From: Eledone cirrhosa
Lineage: Eukaryota
Direction of reading: 5' to 3'
NCBI GenBank assembly: GCA_964016885.1
Contig: CAXHJY010000120.1
Span: 1 to 44,625 of the forward strand
Length of the DNA stretch: 44,625 nt
The notes under the pieces: generated by a model
What the model was told of the DNA's origin: nothing
Database searches by the model: none
What the model saw: only the letters and a program-made list of their open reading frames with translations
Shown here: piece by piece, positions 26,768 through 42,660 of the stretch
How positions within the stretch are numbered: position 1 is the stretch's first letter
Layout of the letters: each line of letters begins with the position of its first letter
Translations under genes and position numbers: made by a program

Positions 26768-26982
26768 ATGGTGGTAGAATTAGTAGAACGGCAGATAAAA
26801 GGTCGTTTCAGTATTTCTCCTGCCTCTTAAACAACTGAAATCAAATCCAGCCAAGGTCAACTATGCCCTTCGTTCTTTAAGGGGCGATAAATTAATGTAG
26901 CATTCAAGTACTGGAATGAATATAATCCACTTTGCCATTCCCTCAAATTTGCTGATCTACTGCTTCAATTAAAAATCAATAT
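26768..26982 (+). mobile_element. Old, diverged copy of the long SINE subfamily
   Basis: TCAAATCCAGCCAAGGTCAACTATGCCCTTCGTTCTTTAAGGGGCGATAAA aligns by eye to the SINE core. Confidence 0.7.
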
Positions 26983-27451
26983 TAATATAAACATAACTGT
27001 TTTAATGGTTAGCTAACGCCACGTTGATTTGTTTATTGTTTCTAAGATACAGCATTAATTATTTAAGAGAAAAGCATCATTCATATCTTTAAATGCAGAT
27101 AAAAGTGTTCCTAAGTAAGAAAAGTAGCGTACAAACATATTTTATATGGGTAAGAAAGGAGTTTGTAAAAGCACTTATACTAATACTTAAGGTGAAAATG
27201 TGTACCTGAAAGTTCTGGTTAAACTCGCATCTCTTGTACTTAAAGTCAAATGAAACAAGAACAGGCAGTTCATATCAGTTTTTACCGATGAATTTTCGAA
27301 ATAAACGTTACTGTAATAAAATGGATGCATATAATTAAAAGGTTTGTTTACGTAAGTGTCCGGAAAATATATACAAATAAACTAGTGTGGCTTTTGTAAG
27401 CGTGATACATATGAGCTGAAAAAGAATTGAAATATTTTATTAGAGAATTAA

Positions 27452-27504
<53 letters not shown>

Positions 27505-27693
27505 ATGTGAGTGTGCGTGCGTGTCTGAGCTTGTGTGTGGGTAGGGAGTGGGGTAATAATCAATGTATATATGGAATAAATATTACAATAAATATTTTGC
27601 CATTTAGGTACAATTATATCTCTGGCTGTCTGTTTTAGATTTAAACTGAAACAGGCTCCAGATCCTGAACCTAACTTGCCTCCATTATGTGGT

Positions 27694-28388
27694 CGGTGAA
27701 ATGGCAGTATCGGTAGAGGGTTGGACGCCATGCTTTCTAGCATAGTTACGTCCCTTTACGATCTGAGTTCAAATCCCGCCGTGGTTGACTTTGCCTTTCA
27801 TCCTTACGGGGTCGTTAAAATAAAGTACCAGTAATGCACTGGGTGATTGATGGCCTTGTGCCTAAAGTAGAAACAATTATGTGGTGGATTGGCAGTATCG
27901 GTAGAGGGTCGGACGCCATGCTTTCCAGCATAGTTACGTCCCTTTACGGTCTGAGTTCAAATTTCGCCGAGGTTAACTTTGCCTTTCATCCTTACGGGGT
28001 CGATAAAATAAAGTACCAGTAATGTACCGTGTATTTGATGGCCTTGTGCCAAAAGTGGAAACAATTATGTATTTATGGTCTTGGCAGTATCGGTAGAGGG
28101 TCGAACGCCATGCTTTGCAGCACAGTTACGTCCCTTTACGGACTGAGTTCAAATCCCGCCGAGGTTAACTTTGCTTTCATCTTTACGGGGTCGATAAAAT
28201 AAAGTACCAGTAATACACTGGGATATTTGCTGGCCTTGTGCCAAAAAGTAGAAACAATTATGTATTTATGGTCTGAGTTCAAATCCCACCAAGGTTAACT
28301 TTGCCTTTCATCCTTACGGGGTCGATAACATAAAGTACCAGTAATACACTGGAGAATTGCTGACCTTGTGCCAAAAGTAGAAACAATT
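27694..28388 (+). mobile_element. Head-to-tail array of four SINE family 1 copies
   Basis: Copies at about 27694-27875, 27883-28063, 28082-28256 and a 5'-truncated copy at 28265-28388, with nested TSDs. Confidence 0.93.
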
Positions 28389-28962
28389 TATTGTCTCTTT
28401 TTCACTTAAACATGAATTCGTTTCAATAAGAGAAATATTTACGTATATATTTGGTCAAAGAACGGGATGCAAATTGCTATTACCTTAGTGCATGGAATAA
28501 ATCAATATTTTTGTGTGTTTGAATGTGTGTAGATAATTATTGTTAAGGTAAGAACATATTCGACAATTCTTTAGTCGTAAAATTGCTACTTGAAATTTTC
28601 ATGATTAGGCGATGATTTTTGTAGTAAACAAAGAGGGCCACACAATCTGTTGTAAAATGAGAGATTTCCTTTCCAAAATAAGGTATCATATGAGATTTTA
28701 CCTGCGTCCATCTATTCGAAGTTTAAAGATTAAGATTAGCTTGCCAATAGACGTGAACATGAAATGATGTTTAAAATCTGAAGAATAACAAACTATAGAG
28801 TTTGTGGTTTTTAATATTATTACTATTACTTGTGAGGCACAGTCAGGATAAACGTTTGAAATAAATTGTTAGAGTATAGTGTGTGTGTGTGTGTGTGTAT
28901 AAGTGTGTATATATATGTATATGTATATATATGTATGTATATAAATATGTAAATATATATAT

Positions 28963-29051
<89 letters not shown>

Positions 29052-29095
29052 GTATATGTATATATATGTATACGTATGTATATATATATGTATAC

Positions 29096-29182
<87 letters not shown>

Positions 29183-29209
29183 TTGGTGCTCTAAAATAGC
29201 GATATATAT

Positions 29210-29405
29210 ATGAATGTATATATAGTGTATTTTGCAATACACTGTATGCTCAATTAAAAGCATTTCGAAGACATTACGCTATTGTTTTAGAGTAGTGACA
29301 GTCTTATTGTAAGTAGGACTGCCACTACTCTAAAACAATAGCGTAAGGTCTTCGAAATGCTTTTAATTAAGCATACAGTGTATTGCAAAATACACTATAT
29401 ATACA

Positions 29406-29410
<5 letters not shown>
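29210..29410. mobile_element. Family C tail palindrome
   Basis: Arms of about 97 bp meeting at 29307-29313; homologous to 5440-5541. Confidence 0.85.
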
Positions 29411-29450
<40 letters not shown>

Positions 29451-29453
<3 letters not shown>

Positions 29454-29632
29454 GAAGGAAGAGTGGTAAGGAACCAGATGGACCATAACGCACCAGAGTA
29501 CTCAATACTTAGGGTAGTAAAGTGCGTAATAGGAAAATGTTTGACCCCGACGGCAGAGCTCAAGCCGTTTCGACGGCTATTTCAGTAATAGACATCGAAA
29601 CGGCTTGAGCTCTGCCGTCGGGGTCAAAACAT

Positions 29633-29637
<5 letters not shown>
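29451..29637. mobile_element. GGGGTC-family palindromic PLE-like remnant
   Basis: Arms 29533-29581 and 29587-29636 around loop TCAGT. Confidence 0.8.
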
Positions 29638-29679
<42 letters not shown>

Positions 29680-29766
29680 GTATATATATATATATATATA
29701 ATGTATGTATATATATATATATATATAATGTATGTATATATACACATATATATATGTATATATATG

Positions 29767-29797
<31 letters not shown>

Positions 29798-29806
29798 TAT
29801 ATATAT

Positions 29807-30014
29807 AACGAAGGAAATGTGGTAAGGAACCAGGTGGACCATAACGCACCAAAGTACTCAATACTTAGGGTAGTAGAGTGGGTAATAGGAACGAGTAGGA
29901 CCCCGACGGCTGAGCTCAAGCCGTTTCGACGGCTAATTCTGGACTGGAATTCTTGTCCAGAATTAGCCGTCGAAACGGCTTGAGCTCAGCCGTCGGGGTC
30001 CTACTCGTTCCTAT
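29807..30014. mobile_element. GGGGTC-family palindromic PLE-like remnant
   Basis: Perfect 60-bp arms 29885-29944 and 29955-30014; each carries GAAACGGCT-TGAGCTC-AGCCGTC^GGGGTC. Confidence 0.85.
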
Positions 30015-30256
30015 ATATATATATATATATAATGCGATGAAATATGAATGATGGTTGGCAAATCACTGACGAAGGACTAATTTTATCATATGTAACCCAT
30101 GTGCAACCACGCAGTATTCTTCTTTCTTCTCATGTTTTTTATATATATATATATACATATATACATATATACATATATACATATATACATATACACATAT
30201 ATACATATACATATATACATATAAATAGATTTACATTTCTGTATATATATATAGAC

Positions 30257-30289
<33 letters not shown>

Positions 30290-30619
30290 TGTACATATGT
30301 GTAGCACTCATATCACCGCTCCGAAAATCGGTACAAATTTTAAGATTAACAATAACGCTGTCACTATATACTAACGAATACATATAACGAATACATAAAA
30401 CGAATACATATATTCTTAGTTATCAGCAAACGCAGGCATATATACACGTGGACAGATGGACACACTTGCACAGAACACACATACACGCGCAGGCATACAC
30501 ATATTCATACACATATATATGTGTGTATAATTGTGTTTGTACGCACGCATGTAGTATATAGATGCATGTGCATATATATATATATACCAAATCAACTTTT
30601 TAAATGGAAGTTGCAATAT

Positions 30620-30770
30620 TTTAGGTATGTCAAATTTATTTATAAAACGGTTTATATATTGTATTTTGTCTGAGAAAGGCATACCATATTTTTAATATGA
30701 TATCCCTGAAATATATATAATGAAATAAATATGGTTTTATAAATATAGTTTCCATTTGTTTAATATCGTA
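30620..30770 (+). mobile_element. Family D copy with a mutated HHR core (CTGAGAA)
   Basis: Homologous to about 23150-23303. Confidence 0.75.
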
Positions 30771-30834
30771 TATAAATATATATATAAATGTGTGTGTGTA
30801 TATATATATATATGTGTGTGTGTATATATATATA

Positions 30835-30869
<35 letters not shown>

Positions 30870-31368
30870 GTAAGTATATGCATATATAAGTATATGTATG
30901 TATATATATATGTATATCTGTGACTATTCATACACACACACACACACTCACACAGACTCACACAGACATGTATATATATACGCAAATAAATGAATGTATA
31001 TATGGATGATTACATATATTTATATATAACGAGCAATAAAGATAAAGATAAGTGTTTTCTTTTTATTTTCAACATGGCCATCCCCAAAAATATGAATATA
31101 TATGTATATATAAATACATGAACAATTCGTTTCACAGTTAGTTCCGATATATATATATATATATTCGTGAAAGTTCTCCAACAAAGTTAACCAGGAATCT
31201 TTAAAATTCTTCCCACCATAGTTAACAAAGAACTTACTAGATCTACCAACTCATAATATTATAATATTATAAAATTAAATCAAATTATTTAACACTACAT
31301 ATGAAGTCATTCTTTTCTTTTTTTTCAAATATACCTAACTGTACCAAGGACCTCACACATTTTCCAAT

Positions 31369-31420
<52 letters not shown>

Positions 31421-31425
<5 letters not shown>

Positions 31426-31512
31426 AATATATATATTAAATCGTCATGATCTTGTTTAAATTTTTTTTTCATTGTAGATGTACTGAGATATTGAACATAT
31501 TAACATGTATCC

Positions 31513-31581
<69 letters not shown>

Positions 31582-31666
31582 AATATATATATTAAATCGT
31601 CCTGATCTTGTTTCAATTTTTTTTTCTTTGTAGATGAACTGAGATATTGTACATATTAACAATTAT

Positions 31667-31672
<6 letters not shown>
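31421..31672. repeat. Two diverged direct repeats of about 95 bp separated by (TA)n
   Basis: Units at 31421-31515 and 31577-31672. Confidence 0.8.
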
Positions 31673-31693
<21 letters not shown>

Positions 31694-31700
<7 letters not shown>

Positions 31701-32035
31701 AAAAAAAAATGAAATCGAAAATGCAACTGGAGTCTTATTTAAAAAAAAATATATATATATTTATTTGGTTCCTTTACCGGTTTCGCAGTTCTTCTGTTTT
31801 TCAAAAGTAGAGTTGAGATGGAGATGTGAGAAAAACCTCAGACCCTCCATCTCAACTCTACTTTTGAAAAGCAGAAGAACTGCGAAACCGGTAAAGGAAC
31901 CAAATAAATATATATATATTTAAACAAAAAATAAAACTCCAGTTGCATTTTCGATTTCATCTTTTTTTCTTTATACTTTCACTCGTGTACGACACCTCGG
32001 TTATTTTTCATTTTGTAAAAAAAATCTCACTTTCT

Positions 32036-32038
<3 letters not shown>
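31694..32038. mobile_element. Family B palindrome with U3:A8 HHR copies at 31861-31897 (+) and 31771-31807 (-, mutated)
   Basis: Arms about 31694-31823 and 31845-31975; tail shared with 4835-4950. Confidence 0.85.
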
Positions 32039-32106
<68 letters not shown>

Positions 32107-32119
32107 ATATATATATATA

Positions 32120-32232
<113 letters not shown>

Positions 32233-32420
32233 GCATATATATGCAAGAGGGACAATCTAATCTGGAAATTATCTATCAACTTTTCTTTATTCTCTTTTTT
32301 TTTGTAGTTACATCCCATCACCATCCACAACGAAGTGTACCCAGTAAGTAGAGAATTTTTTACGCCCCTTACCTTCGATACAGTTGCACACACACACGTA
32401 CGCATCTATATATATATGTA

Positions 32421-32536
<116 letters not shown>

Positions 32537-32685
32537 CATATATACATATATACTTATTTATATATATGTATATATATATATATCCGAACAAGAGGTATAT
32601 AGATACATGCAGACACACATGCACAAATATATAATACATATACTTTGTGTGTAAGTCTGTATAGTTATGAAAAAATGTATGTATA

Positions 32686-32780
<95 letters not shown>

Positions 32781-32818
32781 TTATATGTATATATATATAT
32801 ATATGTATATATATATTC

Positions 32819-32881
<63 letters not shown>

Positions 32882-33323
32882 ATATATATATATATAGATA
32901 GATAGATAGATATGTATATGTGTGTGTGTATACATATACATATATACATATGTTGGTGCCTGCGTTGCTTTAACGATCTGTATTTGTCCGAACCGCTATG
33001 ATACGGGATATACCGTCACGGTACATAAATACCCCTTGTTATTCTATAACGGCGAATACAAATTTAAATCAATAATGAATACACATATAAATATATACTC
33101 TTAGAATTGTATACATGTCTATCTATCTATCTATCTATCCCCTCTCTCTTTCACTCTCTTTCTCTCTCTATATATATATATTTATGTATATGTGTATATA
33201 TATATATATTTTAATATATATACATGCATATATATATACTTATATATATATGCATATAATTTATATAAACACCTATATATGTATATATATATATATACAT
33301 ATATAGATATAGATATAGATATG

Positions 33324-33357
<34 letters not shown>

Positions 33358-33429
33358 GATGCGTACGTGTATATATATATATAGATGCGTACGTGTATAT
33401 ATATACATATGTGTGTGTCTATGTACATA

Positions 33430-33470
<41 letters not shown>

Positions 33471-33506
33471 ATATTCGTATATATATCATATATGTACATA
33501 TTTACA

Positions 33507-33573
<67 letters not shown>

Positions 33574-33582
33574 GTGTGTGTG

Positions 33583-33628
<46 letters not shown>

Positions 33629-34653
33629 GTATATTATATATATATATATATATATATAGTGAATCAGGGTGTCACCGTAATACGCGTATATATTCATTTT
33701 TCATACATGACACAGAGTATCGTACTCTGTTTGTTAACAGAAGATCGCACACACACATATATATATATATACACATAAAATAATATACTTTCATTCATAT
33801 ATAAATTACAACAATATTCATTTTTGCACGAATTCTTACTACCGATGAAGGCAATTCTTTGATTTTTCAGTATATATTTTATTACTATCGGAACGATAAA
33901 GAAAAAAAAAAGGCGGGGTGGGGGTGGGGTGGGGGCAGTTTGATTATGATATATATATATATATAGAGAGAGAGAAATAAAAATGTATAGTCTGTGTTCG
34001 TGAACAGACTGCAGAAATGATGAAATTCATACCTTTTCAATGGCAATTACCGCATATTGAAGTGATTATAGATGTAAACATTTATGAGTTTTTTAATAAG
34101 AGCAAAACGGATATGATTGTAATATGAACATTTTTGTTTTTAGTGAGTCATAATTAGGGACAAATTGTTCGGTAAACTAGACATGTTACTTTCAAATACT
34201 TCTATTACTTACATCGTTCTTTTCCGATCTCATACTATCTTCATAACTTTTGTAATATTATCATAAACACATAACTAATTTAAACGACAAATAAGATGTT
34301 AGTTTAACGATATACCCGATTGCTTTGATACTAAACATTTGCGTGAATTTGTTTGTGTTTGTATATTTATTTATTTATTTATTCATTTATTGTGATATTT
34401 CATAATTTACATAATCTGAAATATTTTCCTTTTATTTGAATTTTGATATCATAAAGTTGGAATGTTGTGAAGGAAAATAAAGAGTTGCTTAATATATCTT
34501 GAACAGTTTATATGAAAGCATATTCCAATAATGGGTGTCTTACCATTGGCCATTTAATATTATTGATTCAGAGAACTCCTAGCCGTTGTCTACATTACTA
34601 TTACGCGCCGTAACTCAGATGCAATATGTAGGTTGCATTGCGCGAATCGTCGA

Positions 34654-34712
<59 letters not shown>

Positions 34713-34967
34713 GTGTGTGCGTGTGCGTGCGTATATATATATGTATATATGTATATATATATGTGTATATATATGTATGTATGTATATATATATATATAT
34801 ATGTATATGTATGTATATATATATATATATATATATATACATACATATACACATATATATATATATATCTGTGTGTGCGTGTGCGTGCGTATATATATAT
34901 GTATATATGTATATATATATGTGTATATATATGTATGTATGTATATATATATATATATATATGTATG

Positions 34968-35001
<34 letters not shown>

Positions 35002-35076
35002 CATACATATACACATATATATATATATATACATACATATATATACATATATATATGTATGTATATATATATACAT

Positions 35077-35783
<707 letters not shown>

Positions 35784-35890
35784 TATATATATACATATAT
35801 ATATATACACACATATATATATATATATATATACATACATATATTTATATATATACATATGTATATATATACATACATATATATATATAT

Positions 35891-35921
<31 letters not shown>

Positions 35922-36182
35922 CAGATATATATACATATATATATATATACACACACGCACACACACACACATATATATATATATATACGTGTGTGTGTGT
36001 GTGTGTTTTATATAACATATACTGACATTTGTCTAATTTCGGCAATCTACTGCTAATTATACCTGTAGTACTTAAGCTGACTAATTAACCCTGGTATTTG
36101 AGCTCGAAATTATGTTCATATTATAATAATTTCTTATATATGCTCAAAGCGTCATATTTACAATGGTTAAGTTAGTCCTACT

Positions 36183-36274
36183 GGTAAAGACAGCATTATC
36201 TAAATGATTAATTTTATTTTAATCATTTGGTAAAGACAGCATTATCTAAATGATTAATTTTATTTTAATCATTT
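36183..36274. repeat. Exact 46-bp tandem duplication
   Basis: 36183-36228 is identical to 36229-36274. Confidence 0.9.
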
Positions 36275-37784
36275 CAAAATATACTGGAGACAGCTGTGAG
36301 GATACTTCACCTTACTTTCCGAAATAGTGATGTGAAAATGACTATGTACAGTTGCTCAAACAACCATGAATAATTAGCATATCTAACTATAAATAGATCA
36401 GCTAGATTAATTATTCAGAGACGATATCCGCATTCCTTATTTACAAGATAGAGAGTATATAAGATTGTGTGGCGTGCATGCCTTCTTTTCTCTTCAAAAG
36501 CATTACAAACAGGAAATGCTGAGAACGTACTGCTCTAAACCGGAAATCGAAACAACTTGGCCGCCGAGTTGATATGTGAGAAACTTACTACATATTCTCA
36601 TTAATGTTCACTAGAACATGAGATTTGAAAATATTGCAGAAAGGTTTATATGTTTACTTTTTGATAGAGAGAGAGACATAACAACAGCAACAACATTAAA
36701 CAGCAGCGGCAACAACAACAGCAACTTACAACAAAAACATCTAACACAAATAGCAAGAGTAAGAGGCCTTTTAGAAATTTGTTGTTGGGTAGGCTATGCT
36801 TTGTTTGCGGAGATGGGATTAGATAGATATAGATGGGGGGGGGGGGGTGATACAATGTTATAAGTATTGGCGGAGGTATTGAGGGAGGACTTAAAAAAGC
36901 AACTGTTTTAAGAGGCTTTTATGGCATGTCCTAAAATAAAAATAAAGGAGACAGAGAAAGAGAAGGAATGATGGACCCAGATCATTTGCAGCAGAAGATC
37001 AAATGATTGTTGTGTCAATAGCCGACGTTTATCTCTCAGACATAAAATATCAATGTTCCTTGATGAGACGCATGAATATGATGTCGTGGCTACAGTATTT
37101 TACAAAATGGATTCTTTTTTTTTTTTCATGTAGCGTTTAAGTACATTCTAAGTGGATTCATACTTTCTTTAAGTAGAATTCTCTGAGGATATTCCCATGA
37201 AATATTCAAATATTAAAATCCTGAAAATTTTTATTGTGCTATTAGATTTTTTAATGTATTTTCATTAAACAAGAGAAAGCATACAAGCTTATTTTATTTA
37301 TTCTATTATATCGAGCCATGTGAAAGGTCCTCTTGTAATATTCAACACGCTAGAAGTAGCAACCAAATATCCTTCAAACTTTTATCTACCGTCGCCCAAT
37401 AAAGAAGGATAAGCTGGACATTGTTGAACTTATATGTAAAAATAATCGAATGTTACGGTTAGAAATCCTTTGATCATGAGAAAACTCGATCAGTGCTTAC
37501 AACAGCAGGAGTCACAGGATTATTATATAGTTAGTGAATTTCAAACTCGAAAACCGGTACTGTTCTAGAGCGTCCGAGAGCAAGTCTCTGGTCGTAGCCC
37601 CAACATATTTTGAGTATTTTCCTACAACATATAAGCATGAACAATACAACACTCAGTCATAACAGGTAAATTTGAAGACTATTAAAGTACATATAGTCTC
37701 TGGAGTATAAATTATGAAATAAAATGTGAAATAATTATATATTTATATATGTATATCTTCCTATCAATATATATATATATATAT

Positions 37785-37796
37785 ATGTGTGTGTGA

Positions 37797-37856
<60 letters not shown>

Positions 37857-38023
37857 ATGTGAGTTTGTGGACATGTGGGTATATGAGACTTTGTGAAAGT
37901 GATTATATACCTGTGTGTTTGTATATATATATATATATATATATATACATACACACCACAAACACACAGGTATATAATCACTTTCACAAAGTCTCATATA
38001 CCCACATGTCCACAAACACACAT

Positions 38024-38070
<47 letters not shown>

Positions 38071-38083
38071 CTCACACACACAT
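37785..38083. repeat. Fold-back inverted duplication including mirrored microsatellites
   Basis: Unique core 37861-37922 is mirrored at about 37958-38017; the flanking (TG)n and (TA)n are also mirrored. Confidence 0.85.
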
Positions 38084-38572
38084 TTGTGTGTGTGATTAGG
38101 TACTTTGTTCTTTGGCACTGGCGATACAATAAAAAAAAATATTCTTGTAATGTCACAAACAAAAATAAAGGAAATCAAACAAGAAAACCACATGAACACC
38201 ATTCCGTAAAGAAACATAAAAATAAATGAAAAAAAAAAGAATTACAAACAAAACACATTTTTAATAACAACACAAACAAATCCATCACCAGTAAATCAGG
38301 AACAACTGAAAGTCAAATAATGCAAACGAACGGAAAACTTCATTTGTCTGTAGGGAATATTGACAGCATTTTCAACTACGTATGGCGAGAAGTAAATGTG
38401 GGCTAATTAGTGGTAAATATATAGAGGTGGGAGATTTATGTATGTTCATAATCTGCCGTCATTGTTGAAAATGAAAATGGTGAGGCGGTTTTCATAATAA
38501 AAAAACAGAACAAGAGAAATTAATAAACAGGTGGAACAGATAAACATGTGTATTCATGCATGACATATACAT

Positions 38573-38644
<72 letters not shown>

Positions 38645-39445
38645 TCATACGTACACACCACACTCATATGTGTGCGCGCAGTAACAAAGGTATAGATGCC
38701 TATATATCTATCTATCTCTCTCTCTCTATATATATAAGCATCTATATAAGCATCTATATGTCTGTTATAATATATATATATATATATAATACACAAATAT
38801 ATATATAATATACTCAGTCATATATAAAGAGAGATAGAGGGAGGGGCGGATAATTTCGCTGTTCTTAGCTCGTCTTCGTGCATAATCGAACATTTCTTAC
38901 ATCGTCTTCACATTCTCTTTCTATTGTGAGGGCTAAAATTTATATTCATCGTACCAATGTGTTCCTCTTGTCTGTTAGACTGACCTCGTTTACCAATGAG
39001 TATTGCGGAGTTGTTGCCCTAACACTTTTCTTGAAATATTTTCATCTGCAGAGTTTCTTTTTATATGTTTCTTTCATTTCCATCTGCTCTTTCTCTCACA
39101 CATACACACACTCACGTTCTCTCACATCCACACACATGAACACGCATCCACACACAAACATACACATATATAATGACAAATATAGACTTACATTGGATTT
39201 TCAAGGCATGTATAAGTACGTATGTTTGTTTCCCTTTTGAACATTTTGACATACATTTGTATACAATGCTTCGAGAATAAACAAATTTGAACTTCTCAGG
39301 TATGATGCGCGCGCGCGCGTGTGTGTGTAAGCATGCATTTCTTTTATGTATCCAAATATGTTAATATGTATATGTATATAAATATGTATATATATACATA
39401 CACATGCATACATATATATAATTCTATTTATACATAAAATTGAAA

Positions 39446-39627
<182 letters not shown>

Positions 39628-40189
39628 TCTTAGTAAATGAAGGAAACCTCGAACACAGAAAATAACTGTGAATGTAGTTTACTTTAATAGTGTAGAAAAC
39701 CGGGTAAGATGGCTCTATGAACGGCAAAAAGCGGCCAACAGCCACTACATTTCTTTATCTTTATGGATGTTATTTACAGGAGAACGAACTCCTCCTATTG
39801 CAATACTGGTGTCATTTCTTTCATGTTGATGCAGTTTACTGACTGTTTTCCCGATGTTATACGCGATTATGTCATGTTCATTTTCTTTTGGGATCTATCG
39901 GTGTTTTTGAACTCATACGATCTCAATGTTGAGGTGTTGGTATGTTTGTTGAGCTCTTCCAGGGTAAAATAGGAAATGAGTGATCGATAATTTAGAGATA
40001 AGAAGGTGTATGGTGTCTTTATTCGAGATTGTCCCCTCTTGGTTCTGACATAGGTGGATGCTCGTCCAATTGGATTTAAAACATCTAATTCATAGTAAGA
40101 GGTTGAGCCTTCTTCAGGAGCATGCATGGGCGTAACATTGCAGGCTCTAACCGTGGAGTTATTGTCATGTTTATTAGCAAAAATACTGT

Positions 40190-41272
40190 GATGACTTGCT
40201 AGGACTCTCAAAAGCGAAGTAGCCACAGATGGTGGCAGTTCCTCTACCGTTGACCTTATGTTTGGTTCCTTAGTTAGGCGAACACGCACTGAGAACTGAG
40301 ACAACTGTTTATCGCTGTTCACTTTTCAGCATAATCAAAATTCCTGCTTTTCAAATAGATTTTTGCATTCCCATGCACGGTTGGCTGCCAGGAACTATGT
40401 CTTGCTAAAGGGTAATCTAGGATTTGGTTCATAAATTCTTATTCAATATATTAGCAGATAACCTTCATATATGAAGGACGTTTCTCTATCCGCCACCTAA
40501 GGGCCCGGTGTTATGGAAGTTATCTGCTCCACAGTACAAAAAAGTCTTCTTCCTCTGTTTACAATGGTAACCAAGATCAATGACCAGATCATGACAGTAG
40601 TATTCAAAGGAAGACCCAAACCTGTTGTTATAAGCTACTATACATCTGCCAGAAAAGAAAAGTAGAACAGTTTTACCATCGTCTGAGGGCTACTCTTTCT
40701 GAAGAACCTCTACATGCCGTGCTGAATTTGGGAGATTTCAACGAGTAAATCAGAGGCAAATTAGAAGCAAATATCCATAACAGAAACGGTATATTTCTGG
40801 AAGTGTTTCTACATTAGAATAATCTCCCAGCTTGGAATACCATCTATCAGAAACCCAAACGGAAACTGTGGACTTGGTTACATCGTTCACAAATTGACAT
40901 CATGTATACGAACAGATAGAGGGAGAGCATGCATGATTGTCTGGTACATACTTCCTCCGCTATTGTAGGAGGTGGATTACAAAGTCACCATGGCAAAAGT
41001 TAAAGGTTTTTGTTCAGCCAGGAGAGCCAGAAAGAAACAGTTTTACTGGAATGCGCTACATGAAAATGTTAAACTGTAAACTTGCAAGAACATTTGTGGA
41101 CGGCTCAATTGCTAAGAAATTTGAATCAATGCCAGCTGAAGAGCAAAATTATACTTCATCAGTGTCCATCTGTAATGAGGTCAGTTTCAGATGTACAGCA
41201 GAAAAATTCAGCACTTTGCTTTCGACCACATAGAGAATTACATAAATCAAACAACCCTTGGCTAGTTTTTTA
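40190..41272 (+). mobile_element. Degenerate LINE AP-endonuclease region (RTE-like)
   Basis: LNLGDFN at 40722-40742, NRNG, QKPKRKLWTW and SQID motifs, with stops and frameshifts. Confidence 0.8.
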
Positions 41273-41817
41273 GGATAGTAACAATAACAGAAATATTCCT
41301 ACCGTTAATTTACATTTCCTCGGCGTTATTCGTTTCTCCCCACTCGCCCATCTCTTTCTCCCCCTCAGACTCTCTCTCTCTCGTTTCTAACTCACTTTGT
41401 TTTGTTTGTTTTGTTTTTTACTTTCTACACCTCAATTCCTCATCACATTCTCTCTTCTCTTTCTTTCTCATTCTTTCTTCCAAACAACAACTTCTCTTTT
41501 TTTCTTTTTACTTTAAAATATTTCTTATCACATCTAAAGTTTTCGCACGAAGTGAAGTATACAGACGTTACAAGAGAAATACTAAAATTATCAATAACCT
41601 AAAATCCAATATATTGCAAATCAATACACCTTGCATAACTTTCGTGGCCATTTTCTTGCCAAACTGTGTTAATTTTACAAAAACTTTGATGTATATATCA
41701 GGTCAATATGACTGACTTTTTTTTCTTTTCAGATTCACATCATAAACACACACTCATACAGACATGCACACACAGGCATATATACATTTTCCTATATTTT
41801 CTCTTTCTGTCTATATA

Positions 41818-41898
<81 letters not shown>

Positions 41899-41902
<4 letters not shown>

Positions 41903-42025
41903 CTGGATACACCATTAACCATTACTCACAGAGTACTTGATACTTGGAGAAGTAGATTAAGGTTATATTATAAAGAATCAGGACCCCGACGGCAGAGGTG
42001 TTGCCGTTTCAACAGCTATTTCTAG
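41899..42025 (-). mobile_element. GGGGTC-family relative (HHR 3' half plus tail)
   Basis: Minus strand GAAACGGCA-ACACCTC-TGCCGTC^GGGGTC; truncated within stem II; next to (TA)n. Confidence 0.7.
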
Positions 42026-42094
42026 TATATAAACATATACATAGATATATACATGCATACACACACACCCATATGTATATATGTATATACACCC

Positions 42095-42241
<147 letters not shown>

Positions 42242-42308
42242 CATATATACATATATATATACATGTGTGTGTTTGTATATATGTATACGTATATATATAT
42301 ATATATCA

Positions 42309-42368
<60 letters not shown>

Positions 42369-42445
42369 ATATATATATATACATTATGGGTGATGCAAGA
42401 ATTTAGCCGTTGAGATCTGACTCCTATTTCTAGCTTGCTCGATAT

Positions 42446-42660
42446 TCTTCTTCTTCTTCTTCTTCTTCTTCTTCTTCTTCTTCTTCTTCTTCTTCTTCTT
42501 CTTCTTCTTCTTCTTCTTCTTCTTCTTCTTCTTCATGACCACCACCACCACCACCACCACCACCACCACCACCACCACCACCACCACCACCACCACCACC
42601 ACCACCACCACCACTACCACTACCACCACCACCACCACCACCACCACCACCACCACCACC
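42446..42660. repeat. (CTT)n followed by (CAC)n microsatellite
   Basis: Seen directly. Confidence 0.95.

Noticed and set aside
27694-28388. SINE array read as a CRISPR array or tRNA gene cluster
   Set aside because: Units are about 185-bp SINEs with no unique spacers, no cas genes and no complete cloverleaf; the DNA is eukaryotic.
30066-30110. CTGACGA hammerhead-like core
   Set aside because: No stem II or GAAA.
32619-32636. ATGCACAAATAT (MHKY) as the next T-box exon
   Set aside because: Lacks the preceding TILNS, the following QPR and a splice acceptor; lies in simple repeat.
37183-37212. CTGAGGA...GAAA
   Set aside because: Stems I and II do not pair.
37345-37500. Possible old interspersed repeat
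   Set aside because: Resemblance is from memory only, with no second copy or diagnostic ends in the window.
39867-40322. 151-aa minus-strand ORF
   Set aside because: No recognisable motif; probably antisense to the 5' region of the decayed LINE.
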